64,000 nt of DNA from Geosiphon pyriformis uo1 (lineage: Eukaryota; Fungi; Glomeromycota), in NCBI GenBank assembly GCA_016748015.1, contig JAAOMT010000261.1, forward strand, positions 386,394 through 450,393, given 5' to 3'. Below the pieces are notes generated by a model. That model had not been told where the DNA came from. It ran no database searches and worked only from the letters and a program-made list of their open reading frames with translations. This document shows positions 38,701 to 52,000 of this stretch, one piece after another (the stretch's first letter is position 1; each line of letters begins with the position of its first letter). A program made the translations under genes and the position numbers.

Positions 38701-39600
38701 TTAAATCATCATTAACAATAATTTTTTTACAGATTGCCAATTTCTTTGCCTTATTCATACTAAATTCAGAAGTAAATGAAGCTCTGATGATCTCTGAAAA
38801 TTTTGAGGGAGTTGATGCCCTCTCTCCCCCAAAATTATCAATTTGATAAAAGATTTTTTTTATTGCCATTAACTTATCACTATTAGTCTTTCCAGGTATA
38901 GCTGACAATTCTACATTAAGTGCAAAAGATTTGACTGGCCCAAAATTGCATTTATTCAAGACACATGATTCAACAGCTGGCAAATGCTTAGCACCAAAAA
39001 ATTTAGAAGCCAGAAGTGTCAAAATATTATTATTGTCATTGCTTAAATTGTTGAAAAAAAATCTTGTTTGGCTTGCTACCTAAAACATATGTCCTAGTAC
39101 ATATCTTCTTGAGAGTAGTGTCATCTATTACATTATCAACTTCTGAAGCATTTAAATCAGCATAACTTGTTTCTTCCACAATCATATTCTTCATGTTTTT
39201 CAGATCTGAAATGTTACTAATACTGCTTGTTTCACTGTTTGCTTTACTGTCCCACAACCTTACAGGCTTGTTACCATTAGTAAGCATATTTGTAAAAACC
39301 AAAGAGCCAGCAGAGATCTCGACAATACTGTTAGCAACAGCAGGCTTCTTGGGTTTTTTATAAAAAGCACTTCATAAATGAGCACTCACCAGATGCTTGG
39401 TTTTGACACCCAACTGGGTTTCCAACTTAGCCAAAATAAACACCAACCCACCAACAGAATAACCTATTGGATTCATATTTACAAATAAAAATACATTGAA
39501 AAAAATAACTGCAAAACTTATAGAAGTAAGGAAAGAAGGAAAATTTACTTCTTTGAAAAAATCAAGCTTTCATTGTGACTAGGAGATCAACAAGAGAAAG
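32720..39600 (-). mobile_element. LINE copy C, full length (ORF1 37511-39476; ORF2 32834-37514)
   Basis: Same domain set (DMQKAYD, FVDDT, YTDRSL, AELQAIA). 5' motif TCTCTTGTTGATCTCC and 3' UTR are present. Confidence 0.93.
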
Positions 39601-39792
39601 ATATAATTATTAATATTAATTAATAAAAACTCTGTTTTATTAGTTAAAACTATTAAAAATCAGAATATTTAAAAACAAAAAATAGATTTAGAACTTTGTT
39701 ATTTATTTTATATTACTGTTTATAAATTTGAAATTTTTTTAAAAAAATTTTGTATTATTAATTAATTAATTATTTATTTTTTTATTAAAGTT

Positions 39793-42052
39793 TAATGAGC
39801 AAGGCCCAAAAGCTACCTAGAACAATACATTAAAAAATTAATCTAAATTAAGTGCTAATCATGCATTTTCTACATGTAACTAGCCACTTAAACTAGTCAA
39901 AAACACACTATGCTGAAACAATAGGAGGTAAGAATAATCCCAACCCACGAATTTTTTTAATAACACCATTCAAATTCCTAGAATCAAAAATAAACTCACT
40001 AAAAAATAACCTAATAGATTCAACACTACCTCTAACCTCAGCACTCGACATCTGTCACAAAACTATAACACACTCAACAGTGTCCTCACTCAAGAGAGAA
40101 GGTTTGGCAGCCTGTATATCATCATAATCCATGCCATTAAAGTCAACTTCAGATCTAAAACAAGCAATGTCTTTAGACACACCAACCAAAAAATTGGCAA
40201 AATTGTTAGAAGCATATTTCATAGAAAAGAGATCTTTCTTTAATTGAATAGTCTTAACAGCATTATCATCAAGAAGATGAGATACCAAGGCAACCAAAGA
40301 GCCAACAGGCTCAACAATAGACTTTACCAAAGTGGCCAAATCTGAAATTTGCTTTTCCAAAGAATCCAATCTGGACCCAACAGCAGAATCAACAACAGCT
40401 ACAAAAGAGACGGAAGCCACCAAAGGAGGAAATTCAGACATAACAGGGGGAGCAAATGCCTTAGCATAAGACAAAAAACCAACAAAATATGGTTTGAATA
40501 CTTTGGAAGCCTTAGGAAAAGGAGATGAAACAACTTTACAGTCTACAGCCAAGTAACCTGTTTTTTAATACCGAAAACAACACCAACAATTAGAAGTCTC
40601 CCACTAGATATGGCACTTTCTAAGCATACCAGTTTTGGCAACAGCAAGATCCAAATCAGCTTGGGAGCCAAATGTAACTAGAACAAAGCAGAGGCAATAA
40701 CCAGAATTAGGAGACCGAGAAATGAAACAAGACTGGCCACCAACTTGAAAAATCATATCACTGATTTCAAAGGCAGTACAGCCAGGAGGAAGGTTGACCA
40801 ACTTGGCCTTAAACTTATCACAAGACAAAATAGTCTTATTTTGATTTACCAAGGAAAGGATTCTAACACTATCTCTGCCCACCAATACTAACCAATAATT
40901 CAAAACAAACATGACAGAGTTCAACTTCTTAAAATAAACCACCACATATTGCCAAATGTTAGCAGACTTCAGCACAACATAAGTAATCATACCAAAAACA
41001 CTAAGAGCTGTCTTAATGTCAGCAGCAGACACACTCAAAGGCACATCACACAGCAGAAGGGGATCCAGACTCAGAAACCACCAAAGACTTGGCAATTTTA
41101 AAAGTGGCAAGATGAACAGAGCTTATAAGCTCAACTAAAAACGCAGCATTTAATAAGATTTGAGAAGCAAATTCCACACAAAAAAGCTTCACATTGTTTT
41201 TTGAAACAGACTTAGCATCCAAAAAACCATGTACAGACTGAAAAATAGTCTTAACATGAGCCAATTTGATTTTAAAAGTAGCACTAGGCACCAGAATGGA
41301 GGCCACCCATCCAGCAAACCTTTGATGACTAGTAATAGTTTCCCAAACACTACCAAAAGTAGCACCAGAAACTAGAGAAGAAGATGATTCAGTTTCCATT
41401 TGATCAGCCCAGTTTTTAAGAACAGATGACCCAACAGGAGGAGATTGTTTTGCTTCCAGAATCAGCGATAATTTACCGGAAGACACCACATTTGGCAACA
41501 CAGCCAGTGGTTGATCTTGGCCCATCTTAAACAATATGCTGGATAATGCTACAGAGATTTCATCTAAGATCTTATTGGGAACCACAAAGGAGTTCGGTGT
41601 AACAATAGCAGAAGCAAGCAACTGCCCCCACTTTTCTGAACTTTTGGTTTTTTTGACCATTTTTTTTAAAGAGATGGTGCTAGCAGCACTAGATATAGAA
41701 GCTATGGAAGGGAAAACCAGCTTGTTAACTGGTTTATTATTAAACACTTTTGGGCTCTTAGTAGAAGTAGAGGCAATACTGGGCCTAACTCAAGTGTGTT
41801 TCTTTGAGGGAACTTTGATTGGTGAGAAACCAGCCAAAAATGAGGAAGTTGCTTTAGTGGCCACCAAAGGCAACTTATCATGATTACTAGATAAAAGGAA
41901 GACTTTTAAAACGTTTTGCCTAGTTGTTTCTACAACAGAGAGAGCTCCTCTGGTTGAAATTTTATTAGATATCTCAGAACAGATATCAGGTACAGCTTTT
42001 TTACTCTTTGCTCTGATTATGGTCATAAAATTAAAGAAACAAAGAGTCTTTA
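39793..42052 (-). mobile_element. Element D: ORF1-only non-LTR element with the LINE 3' tail (HAL1-like)
   Basis: A single about 705-codon frame, 39908-42026 (one frameshift near 41050), is followed at once by the LINE 3' UTR (39793-39910). No APE or RT sequence. Confidence 0.82.
39908..42026 (-). pseudogene. Divergent ORF1-like protein of element D
   Basis: RRM-like blocks (FCVEFASQ; DVPLSVSAADIKTALSVFG; WLVLVGRDSVRI; LVNLPPGCTAFEISDMI), decayed knuckle CFRY*KTGYLAVDC and coiled coil RLDSLEKQISDL; ends PPIVSA*. Confidence 0.82.
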
Positions 42053-42459
42053 TTTATAATAAGTAATAAAATAAAATATATTATTATTTATTTTAAAATT
42101 AAAAAAAATTAGAAATAATTTATTATATTATTTTTGTATTTAATAAAATTAATTTATTATAAATTAGATTAAATTTAACTTATTGTAAAAATTATATATA
42201 AAGTTAAAATAAAATTTTTTAAAAGCAAATTTAAAAAATCTGTTAAATATATAATATTAAATTAAATTAAATTTATTAGTCTTTATACCAAAAAAAAATT
42301 TATTTTATATTTAATTATATATTAATAAGCTTATATAATTTTAGTAAATTTTGTTTTTAATTATATTAATATTCTTAATATAATTTTAAATAATATAATT
42401 TTTAATATTTTGTTGCTTGCTTTAAAGTTAAAAATAAATATATTAAAAACATAAAAAAC

Positions 42460-45400
42460 TTCTTTCTCTTCTTCGTCCCAAATTCCTGAAAAAGAGTCAA
42501 ATTTTGAAAGAAGCTTTTTTCTGTTTTGCATACTGTCTTCCACTATTTTACAAGAAACAAACCCCTTTGTTGTTGAACCGGCTGCCACTATGAGTGGGCC
42601 TGAAGCTAAAAGAAGGTCAGCTAGAGTCTCGACCACTGGTTCAATTGGTGGAGGTTCAACCCAAAAAGTCAGAAAGTCTCTCGGTACTATTAAATCTTCA
42701 AGTGCGGATAAGAATCTCAAGGATGGTGGGTCTGTTTGTGAGGATAAGCAATTTGCTAGCATGGATATGGATGGAGAAACCTCTGATGGTAAAAGCACTT
42801 CTGACTCCCAAATGAATATGCCCAATGCGAAGCGTTTCAATGCTGGTGCAGCTATCGGTTCCCCTATCAGCTTTATTGATTATGACATGGATGATGAGGA
42901 GAAAGTTTCTCTTTCTCTCCGTTTGTCTTTCTCTTTGGAAAAAGTGTAGGTAGACCCCAAAATTGTTAAGTCTCAGGTGGAAGTCACTGTGAAGAAATCA
43001 TTTGCATTGGACATCAATCTATCTGCTGTGGAGGGAAAATCGGCTACGGCCAAGACTCAGGTTATCAGGAAATTGTTTTCAACAATCAATGGTTTTGGGG
43101 AGGCCACTACCCCCTCAAAATTTGAAAGAATCATCCGATTAACGTTTACTTTATTGGAAAGCATAGAAAAGGCCATGTCATTGGCCAGGGAAAATAACCT
43201 TATTGTAAACAGCGATCTTAAGAGACAAGGAATATGCTCAGATCAGGCCGTAGTAATCAAGAAAATTCCCATGAACACACCAAAGGAAATGATCGTCGCT
43301 GCAGTATCCAAGTTTGGAGAAATTAAGTCGATCAAAATCCAGTTGATTGGTTTATGGCAAAAGGCTGTGGTGAAATTCGCCAAACTGGAACAGGCTGTGT
43401 CTTTGGCTGCTAGGTGGTCCTTCCTGATTGATAAAGACTCAGTTTGTGTGGCTATGGTGGTGGGCGATTGTGAAACTTGGGCATCTAGGGACCAGTTCAG
43501 GGCATTTTTGTTTACTTTGCCAGTAGGGACTACTGCTCATGATCTTGGGGATCTTCTTGAAGGGGCTGGTGGAAAAACTTGTGTCATAAATTGGTCATTG
43601 AAGACTGGTAATAGGGTCCACTGTGCTGTTGTGTGTTTTGATTCTGATGAGGTTTTGGAGTCAGCTTTTCGCACGGAACCGATCCTTGGTGGTGTAAAAC
43701 TTTTATGGGCTAGGCTGGATTTGGTTCGCTGTGAACAGTATGGAAAGTTTGGTCATTCTGTCTTGGAATGTGATGCTAAGGTTGCATCAGCTTTCAAATT
43801 TTCAAAGTTTTTTATAAGGCCTACCAACTCTGATACTTATCTCCAGCTGGCCAAATTGTATGCGAAGAAGAATGTGCCAATCTCTTGTTCTGTTGCCTTT
43901 GGTGGCAAATCTTGGGCCCAAGTGGTCTCAGTTGCTTCAGTCTCTCATGGTTTTTGTGCTGGTTCTGGTTCTGGTTCCCCGCCTTCCGGTGATTTGAGTT
44001 TGGGTGGGGTACTCCCCCCTCTACTTGTGGTCAATTCTCCTTTGAGTGCTTACTTAGTGCTTCTGGAACACTTTGTGGAGCTTCTGTCTAAACAAATTTC
44101 GAACATTCTTTCTCGTCTTGACAATATTAGTTTGGCACCCTTGGCGCCTTCCTCTCAATTGGCTCCTTCTATGGTAGTTTCTCAGTCCCCAATCTCTGTT
44201 CCTCTTGTGGTTGCAAATTCTGACTTGGATTTTGACATGGCGGTTGATGATCCTTTTGTCCAGCCTACTTCTTTTTCTCCAGGTGTTACCAGTTTACTAT
44301 TGGGTCCGAGTAGTTCCAAAGTCCTGACTTCCAAAGTTGGTGGTTTGGAATCAAAGTTGGTTGCCCTCGACATCTCCGTTGGTTTGATTTTGGCTAAGTT
44401 AGATCAGTTATGTGCTGGCTCAGGTTTTTCAGTTATCTCTTCATCACAATGACCAGTTTTATTTGGAAAATTGCCATGTGTAATGTTAAGGGAATGAACA
44501 ATCCTGCAAAGCAGGAGGACATTTTTTGTTAGCATAAGGAATCTGGTAGTTCGATCTCGATTGTTACGGAAACCAAGTTGTGTTTCAGTTCACAACCATG
44601 GATCATAAAAAGGTTTGAGGGTGTTCGGGTTTTTACATCTGGTCTGGATGTTGGGTTTCATGGGACTGGTGTGGCTATTTTTGTGAATGATTCTCTGGCT
44701 CGTCATGTTTCCAAAGTCGAGGAAGTAAAGGGCAGAGTTCTTTTGATTCACCTTTTGTTCAAGAACAAGCTTTTTGTGTCTGTCATTGGGCTTTATGCCT
44801 GTGCATCTGGTGGTGACCATTTTGCTTAGGCTTCTGTTATTAATTCATTTATTGCTGATACTGTCAACAAGAGTTCTTTTGTTGTTTTGGGTGGGGACTT
44901 CAATAAAGACAATTCAGTCAAGGGGGCGAGTCTTAGAAAATGTTTAGGTTTGGGTTTAGTTAATGTTTTTGGTGGTCACTCTCTAGCTAGGATTCCTATT
45001 TGGAGCAATTCAAGAGGCATTAGCAAGGTTTTGGATTACATTCTAGTTAGTGATTCTTTGATTTCAGCAGTTGTGAATTATGATGTTAGTTCTGTCTCAG
45101 AATTTTTTGACATGAATCACTTGGCTGTGTTGATGTTTATTGGGTTGGGTGGTTTTCTGGATGCTCATTTAAACAGCATCCGCAAGCATGCTAATAAGGA
45201 TCACTGGAAGTTTAAGATTAAGGATGCTGATAAAAAAAAGTGGGCGTATTTTAAGGACTTTTCTGAGTGTGTGCTTTTGGGTTCTTTGGATAGGTTTAAG
45301 ATGGCTGAGGATGATGGCAACTTAGATGGAATGTGGGAGATGCTAGCTGATGCCATGACTGCTTCTGCTGAAAAAAATTTTTCAAGACATTGGTATAGTG

Positions 45401-48400
45401 AATTTGATTGTGCTAAGAATAGACTCTCTTCTAAATTTTCCAGGTTGGAGCTTTTGGTTGTTAAGTTATTAAAAGTGCTGAGACAGAATGATACTTTGGG
45501 CTTTGATTATCTGGCTGACACTTGGTTTAAGGTTGACTCTTCTGAAGCTTCCAAAGTTTTTGGTATGGTCAGAAATGATATGGGTTCTGCTGGCTTGATA
45601 AGTCATTTTTCAAAGATTAGAAAGCAATATAGAAAGTCCAAATATTGTGAATCTAAGGTGGCCAAAAGATTTGCTATCAGAAATGCAATTGATAAGCATA
45701 TGAAAAAGTTCAAAACAGACAAAGATGGAATGATTCGGAGCATCTTGGAGCGGCCCTTTCACAAAGTCGTTCTGGACCATTTGGTTGTTGGTGATTCTCT
45801 TATTTTGGAACCTGATGAAGTGAAGCTCAAAGTTGATGACATCATGGTTAATTGGACCAGGAAGCGGAATGCTCTTCCTGTTTTGTCTGGTCCCTAGGCA
45901 CAACAATATGCCCCTTTGGCTTATGTTGATGATAGCGCCTTCAGTCTGGTTATGTGTGATATTACCATGTGTGAGATGTCTTCGGTTATAAGTGATCTTC
46001 CTGATGGCAAAGCTGCTGATTTGTCTGGTATTACCAATGAACTTTGAAAACACACTGGCTGTTTGGTTTTGAAGTGTTTATTGTCTTTGCTGAACTTTTG
46101 TTTGTGTTTTGGTAAAGTTCCGGTTCATTGGAAAGAGGCCTGGGTGTCCATGATTCCTAAGCCTTATGATTGGAATGGCGTTTTGTCGAATACACGACCT
46201 ATTGCATTGATTGAGACAGCCAGGAAGATTCTGTCAAAAGTTCTCTCAAACAGGATCTCTCTTGCTTGTAGTAGGTTTGATGTCCTCTGTGGTAACAACT
46301 TTTCTGTTCTCAAAGGCACTTCTACTCAGTCACCAATTTCAGTTGTGGGTTCAATTGTGGAGGATGCTTTGGAAAAAAGCTGCGAACTTTGGCTAGTTTT
46401 TTAAGACATGCGCAAAGCATATGACTCTGTTGGTTGGCCTCATTTAGAAGCTAGTTTATGCCATATCAAAATGTGTAGCAAGTTTATCAAGTTTTTTGGC
46501 AACATTCACAACAGTCGCTTCAACAGAGTCATGATGGATTTTGGTCTTTCTGATGGATACAAAGTTCTTGATGGTTTGAATTAGGGTGAAATTTTCTCAC
46601 CTCTTCTATGGAGAATTTTTTATGACCCTTTGTTATGTGAAGTTGCGAGACAAGATTATTTGTGTGGTTATCGGATCAATTCAAACTTTGTGTCGAAGAC
46701 TGGAAGAATTGAGACTAGTGAGGGTATGACCTCTTTTTTTGTGGCTGGTGCCTTTGTCGATGACACTATTTGGGTAGAAAATGGGCAAGCCTCTATGCAG
46801 CACATTCTTAATGTGGCCAGCAAGTTTTTCCTCATTAATAACATTGACATAAACAATAAGAAGACGGTTGCCATTCCTATCAACAAAAGAGTGGGGGTTC
46901 CTGTTTTATTCATTAATGGCCAGGCTATCGCTGTTGCCAATCTTGGTGTGAGTCATCGATATTTGGGTATTTTTTTGTCCACCGATGGTTTGTCTAAGCC
47001 AAGTCTTGCCAAAGCCAATTTAGATATTAAGTTCTTCTCAAATATGGTTCTCTGGAAGACTGTTTCTGATAAACAATTCTCTTATCTGGTTTCAGCTGTT
47101 TTGCAGTCCATAATCAGTTATTGGACGCAGTTTAGTTTTGTTTTCAAAGCTGTTTGTCTAAAATGAGACGTTCTAATTAGAAGGGGTCTTAAGTCGAAAG
47201 CCAATTTGCCAAGAGACTTTTCCAATGAGGCATTGCACCATCCCTCTCTTTATGGGCTGAAATTTTTTAAACAGTTGCAAGCTGAATGCAAGACAGCTTC
47301 CGTTGTACAGTTTGCAAATTCTTTTAGAATTCTTGGCTGACTGTTCGAATATCGAATTTTGGATTTGCAGGTTTTGTGCTGGGCTCTATTGAATCCTCTG
47401 CAATATTCTATTAAGCTAAGAGTGAACACTTCAAACAATTTTCTAGTGGGTGTGGTTCGTATATTTCTTGACAACAAGCTGTCTTTGGATAACAGGCTTT
47501 CCTGTGCCTTTTGCTCTTCTGGCCGTTTCCCAATGTCATTAGTATTGGGTAATCCTTTGTATTTCAATGTGGTTCACTCCTTGAAAATTGCTGATGTGGC
47601 ATATGATGACTAACTTCTGGACAAAAATGGTTCTATTGTTAGTTGGCGTACGTTTTGCTAATGGAAAAGACTTGGTTCTAGAGGCCCTGTGCCTTTATGG
47701 TTTTTGAAGGCTTCTGCTTACTTGAGTAATTGTTTACATGCTCCCCCTCCTGCGAGTTTAGCTTCTGTCTGTACTAGTGTTTTGGATTCGACGTCTTTTG
47801 CTGACATTCGTGAGAAAATTCATGGATTGTGAGCTGATGAGATTGATGTTTATACTGACAGTTTTCTTAGAAATTTGGGTACGTTTCAGGTGGTGTGTAG
47901 TGCTGCCGTTTATTTTCTTGGCTTGAACAAAAGTTTAGGAGTGGAGGTACATGGTGTGTTGTCTTCAATCCTGGCTGAATTACTGGCTGTTGCCTTGGCT
48001 CTGGAGTGCATTCCCGCCTCTGTTTCAGTGGCTTTGCACACGGATAGTCAAGTGGCTATTGATGCATGTGTGGCTGAATTGGGTCTGTTACAGCCAGATT
48101 GTTGCAATAGTTGCTGGATAGAAAGGTGCCATATGGTTAATTTAATTGAATCCAAAGATCTGACTGTCTGCTGGATCAAGGTTAAAGATCATGCTAGCAT
48201 CGCTGGTAATGTTTTGGCTGACGTTCTTACTGAACAGACTGCACACTCTGGGGTCTCTCTCCCTGCCAGGATTAATTGTAAATATGTGGTTGCTGATGAC
48301 AGGCCAGTTTCCAGTAATGCCCACTATTTTGTACATGACATTTTTTGTTCTATTTGCAAGTTTCAGTGGAAGGTGGGTCCTGGCCAAGGGGTTGTGTCTT

Positions 48401-49096
48401 GTTTGTTTGGTCTGGTTGTCGATTGGAATAGTACTGCTCTAGTTTAGCACTTTGATTCTCATATGCTCTTTGGGAGTACGTGTCAAGCCACTGCTGCTCT
48501 TTGTACATACTTCATGAAAGCTGTTCATTTCAAGTTGTCTGTTGCTGTTCGAAAAAGGTTGTATAATAAGGATTACCCTGGTGTGTCTTGTCTGTTTTGT
48601 GGTAATGTGGAACTCCCCAATCATGGTTTTACTTGTGTTAAGGATGCTTCTGTGCGGTCTGATATTTTGGGTGATTTTGGTGGTTTGTGGAGGACTTTGA
48701 ATGGTCCTAATCTACTGTCACCGTCTTTTGTACTACAAGATCTCTCTCTGGGGGTGTCTGATGTTGGGTTGTATTCGGTTTTTTGCAAGGGATTTGTTCT
48801 CAAGAGTTGGATGGATGAGGCTACTGCTTTTCTCGATAACAAAAAGAAAGCGGCCATTGTGGTGGTAGATTTTGTCCGTTGTTTGGCTAAGAGTTATAGG
48901 ACAAATCTCTGGTTCTTTAGAACTAAATTCAGGTTTGACATGGAAAGAAGTGGTTTGATTGGTGATAATGTTGTTGTGGCTGGTACTCTTGGTGTGGGTG
49001 CTCTGTCTCTCTCAGCTGGCATGGTTTGTCTTATTGGTATGCTAGATTCTCTTGGTGTCAGTTTCGGTTTTAGGGGTAGGTTCTTGTTTTTGTCTG
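42460..49096 (+). mobile_element. LINE copy E, least decayed; lacks the last ORF2 codons and the 3' tail
   Basis: ORF1 42590-44452 (one TAG at 42947). ORF2 from 44449 with GGDFNKD, NTRPIALIE, DMRKAYDSVGW, AFVDDT, AELLAV, HTDSQ and CLFC...NHGFTC. Confidence 0.94.
42590..44452 (+). pseudogene. LINE E ORF1, about 620 aa, one premature stop
   Basis: ORFs 42590-42949 and 42977-44452 are in frame. Three RRM-like repeats, CEQYGKFGHSVLEC knuckle and C-terminal coiled coil. Confidence 0.9.
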
Positions 49097-52000
49097 AATC
49101 AAAGACAGAACTATGATAATCATGAAGTTAATCCATAAAGACAACACCATACTGTTGGAAAGAAGGGAAAAACCTAAGAAACTACAACTCATTTAGAACA
49201 GTAAACATAAGGACCCTACCATGAAACCAAAAGGGATTGGCCAAAGAGCCACCCAGAGACAAATTGCAATCAAGAAGAATACAAACCATACCTACCAGAA
49301 AGTTATCAGAAGCATTAACACAAATACAAACAGGAAAACTCAATGGGTAAACAGGGCACCAACACCAAATTTACAAGTCATGAGACCTGTGAAAAAACAA
49401 ACAACTCAAGATATCACCAAAGTTCACAAAACTAATAAGAAAAACCACTTTGCTCTTAGATTGAACTTGAAAAAAAGACTTCAAACCATAAAAGGAAGAG
49501 TAATAAATTGTATTACTAAAAAAATCAAGTGGTAGACTGGATTTAAGCTTTAAGCTCTTACAAATCAAAACATCCCACTTGTTGCTCATACTAATAAGAA
49601 CAAAGCTAAACTGTGTTTTATAACTAATTATAGGATGAAGAACTGTTGATACCAAATATAAGAACTGTTTATCTAAGATGGTTTTTCTCAGGACCAGATT
49701 GGTGAAAAAACAAATGTTCGAATTTGTCTTTGCCAAACTAGGCTTTGATAGCCCCTTAGTTAAGAGAAAAATACCCAAATATCTATGAAATTCACCCTTT
49801 TTGACAATGGAGATTGGCAAGTTACTGATAAAAAGAGAAAGATTGCTGGCTCTGCTATTGATGGGAATGGCCATCGTCTTGTTATTATTAATAGAAATGT
49901 CATTTATCTGAAAAAATTCACTAGCAATATTAAGAATATGTTGAGTAGCTGTCCAACTACTACCAATCCAAATTGTATCATCAATGAAAATACCAGCAGC
50001 AAAAAAAGAAAAAAGTCCAGCCTAAGATTCAGTATGACCACTTCTGGAAATAAAATAAGAATTCAACCTATATTTACACATACTTTTCTGATGCTTGATT
50101 TTGCACAACAGAGGATCATAAAATATATATCACACAAGAGATGAAAAAACCTCCCCCTGGTCTAGACCATTATGCACATGATAACCATCTGTCAAACCAA
50201 AATTTGTCATAACACAGTTGGTGCGATCCTCATGAATACTACTAAAAAATCAAATGAACTTGCTGCACATCTTAATCCTGACTAAACTCCTCTCAAAATG
50301 CTTCCAGCCAACTGAATTGTATGCTTTCTGCATGTTTTGCAAAACCAGCCAAAGCTCCCAGTTCTTTTCCAAAGCATCCTCAACAATTGAACCAATTGCA
50401 AAAATGGGGGACTGGGTTGTTTTACTCTTTAAAACCAAAAAATTGTCTCCACAAAGGACACCAAAAGTGCTGTATGCCAAAGAAATTCTATCAGAGAGAA
50501 TTTTGAAAAGAATCTTACAAACCATTTCAATCAGAGCAATAGGTTGAGTATTTGTCAGAACACTCTCCCATTTATAAAATTTGGGAATCATCGAGACCCA
50601 AGCCTCCTTCCAAGAGCTGGGCACAGATTCTCTAAACAGACAAGACTTCAAAAGCACTAAAAACATATCCAAAACTGTCTTATTACAATGTTTTCAAAGC
50701 TTATTTGATATACCTAAAAGACCAGCAGCTTTGCCATCAAGCAGAGAGGAAACCACTTCAAACAATTTATTAAACTTAATTGAGCACATAACATTAAAGA
50801 AAACTCCATCAAAAACATACTCCAAAAGTTGATATTGATGACACCAATTGCCAGAGACATTATCAACCATCTGATACTTCCTAGTCTAACTCTTCATAAT
50901 TACATCTACCTTAAATTTAACCAAATTGAGATCTAGGATCAGTTTATTATTGAAAACCAGGTGGTTAAGTACTACTTTGCAAAATGAATGCTTCAGCACA
51001 CTTCTGATCATATAACTCTTATTTACCTCAAAGCTTTCCATCTTTTTGTCTATAGCAGTTTTAATGTACATCTCCTTAGTTTTCAGAGACTCAGCAAGTT
51101 TAGATGTGTGATAAAATCTCTGCACCAAAAAGAGCAGAATGAACATGATCAGGGCTTGTACCAGAGTCCATAACATCTTGAACAACCAAGGTCTTAACAT
51201 TGTTCAAAGAAACCCAGCACTTCATAAAAGAATCAAAATTTACAGCACTCTCTTCATAAGAAGTCTTAACAATTCTAGAAACCAAAAGCTTTAATTTGTG
51301 AAACTTTGAAAATTCCTTGGTAAAAACATTATCAAATCCCTTGAACCACTTCTTCTTGAACATCTCATTAGCCGAGAGAATCATCACCTTATAAATAATA
51401 TTTCATAATACATCCAGATCCAAGAATTTCATGGTGGTAGCAAACTCATTCGAGAATATTGTCACATTGGCTGATGTAACACTTCCAAAATCATTCCATT
51501 TAGTCTCACTAGCATTTTTGAAATCAAACTTCCACCAATCCTTATTTACTTGCTTGCAAAGCAAATTTAACTGCATATTCAAAAGTCCACCCAAATCCAT
51601 AGACACAAAAACAGTCTGATGATCAGTATCAAAGAATTCCCCAATATTACACATATTGCGATTTATCACAGCATTAACCAAGTTTGAGGAAATGAACAGA
51701 AAGTTGATCATTTTAGCCACACCACAAGAGTTAATCCAAGTAGGTGTCTTTACAAAAGAATTTCTACTCAAGAAGTTAAACAAATTGAGATCTAGACACT
51801 TTTTAAAACTGGTACACTTATAAGAGCCATTTTTATTGAAGTTGCCACTCAGAACAACAAAAAAGGGCTTATTCACAGCTTTAGCAATCATAGAGTTGAT
51901 TTTACCAGCTTGGGAGAACCAAACTGACAAAGAAGCACCAGCATAGAGCCCCAAAATCAAAACAGAAAGTTTGTTTTTGAAAAGTAGCTTGAAAGAAAGA

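Noticed and set aside
42947-48450. Alternative genetic code or stop readthrough
   Set aside because: TGA, TAG and TAA all occur, at positions that are Arg, Trp or Gln in other copies; transitions explain them.
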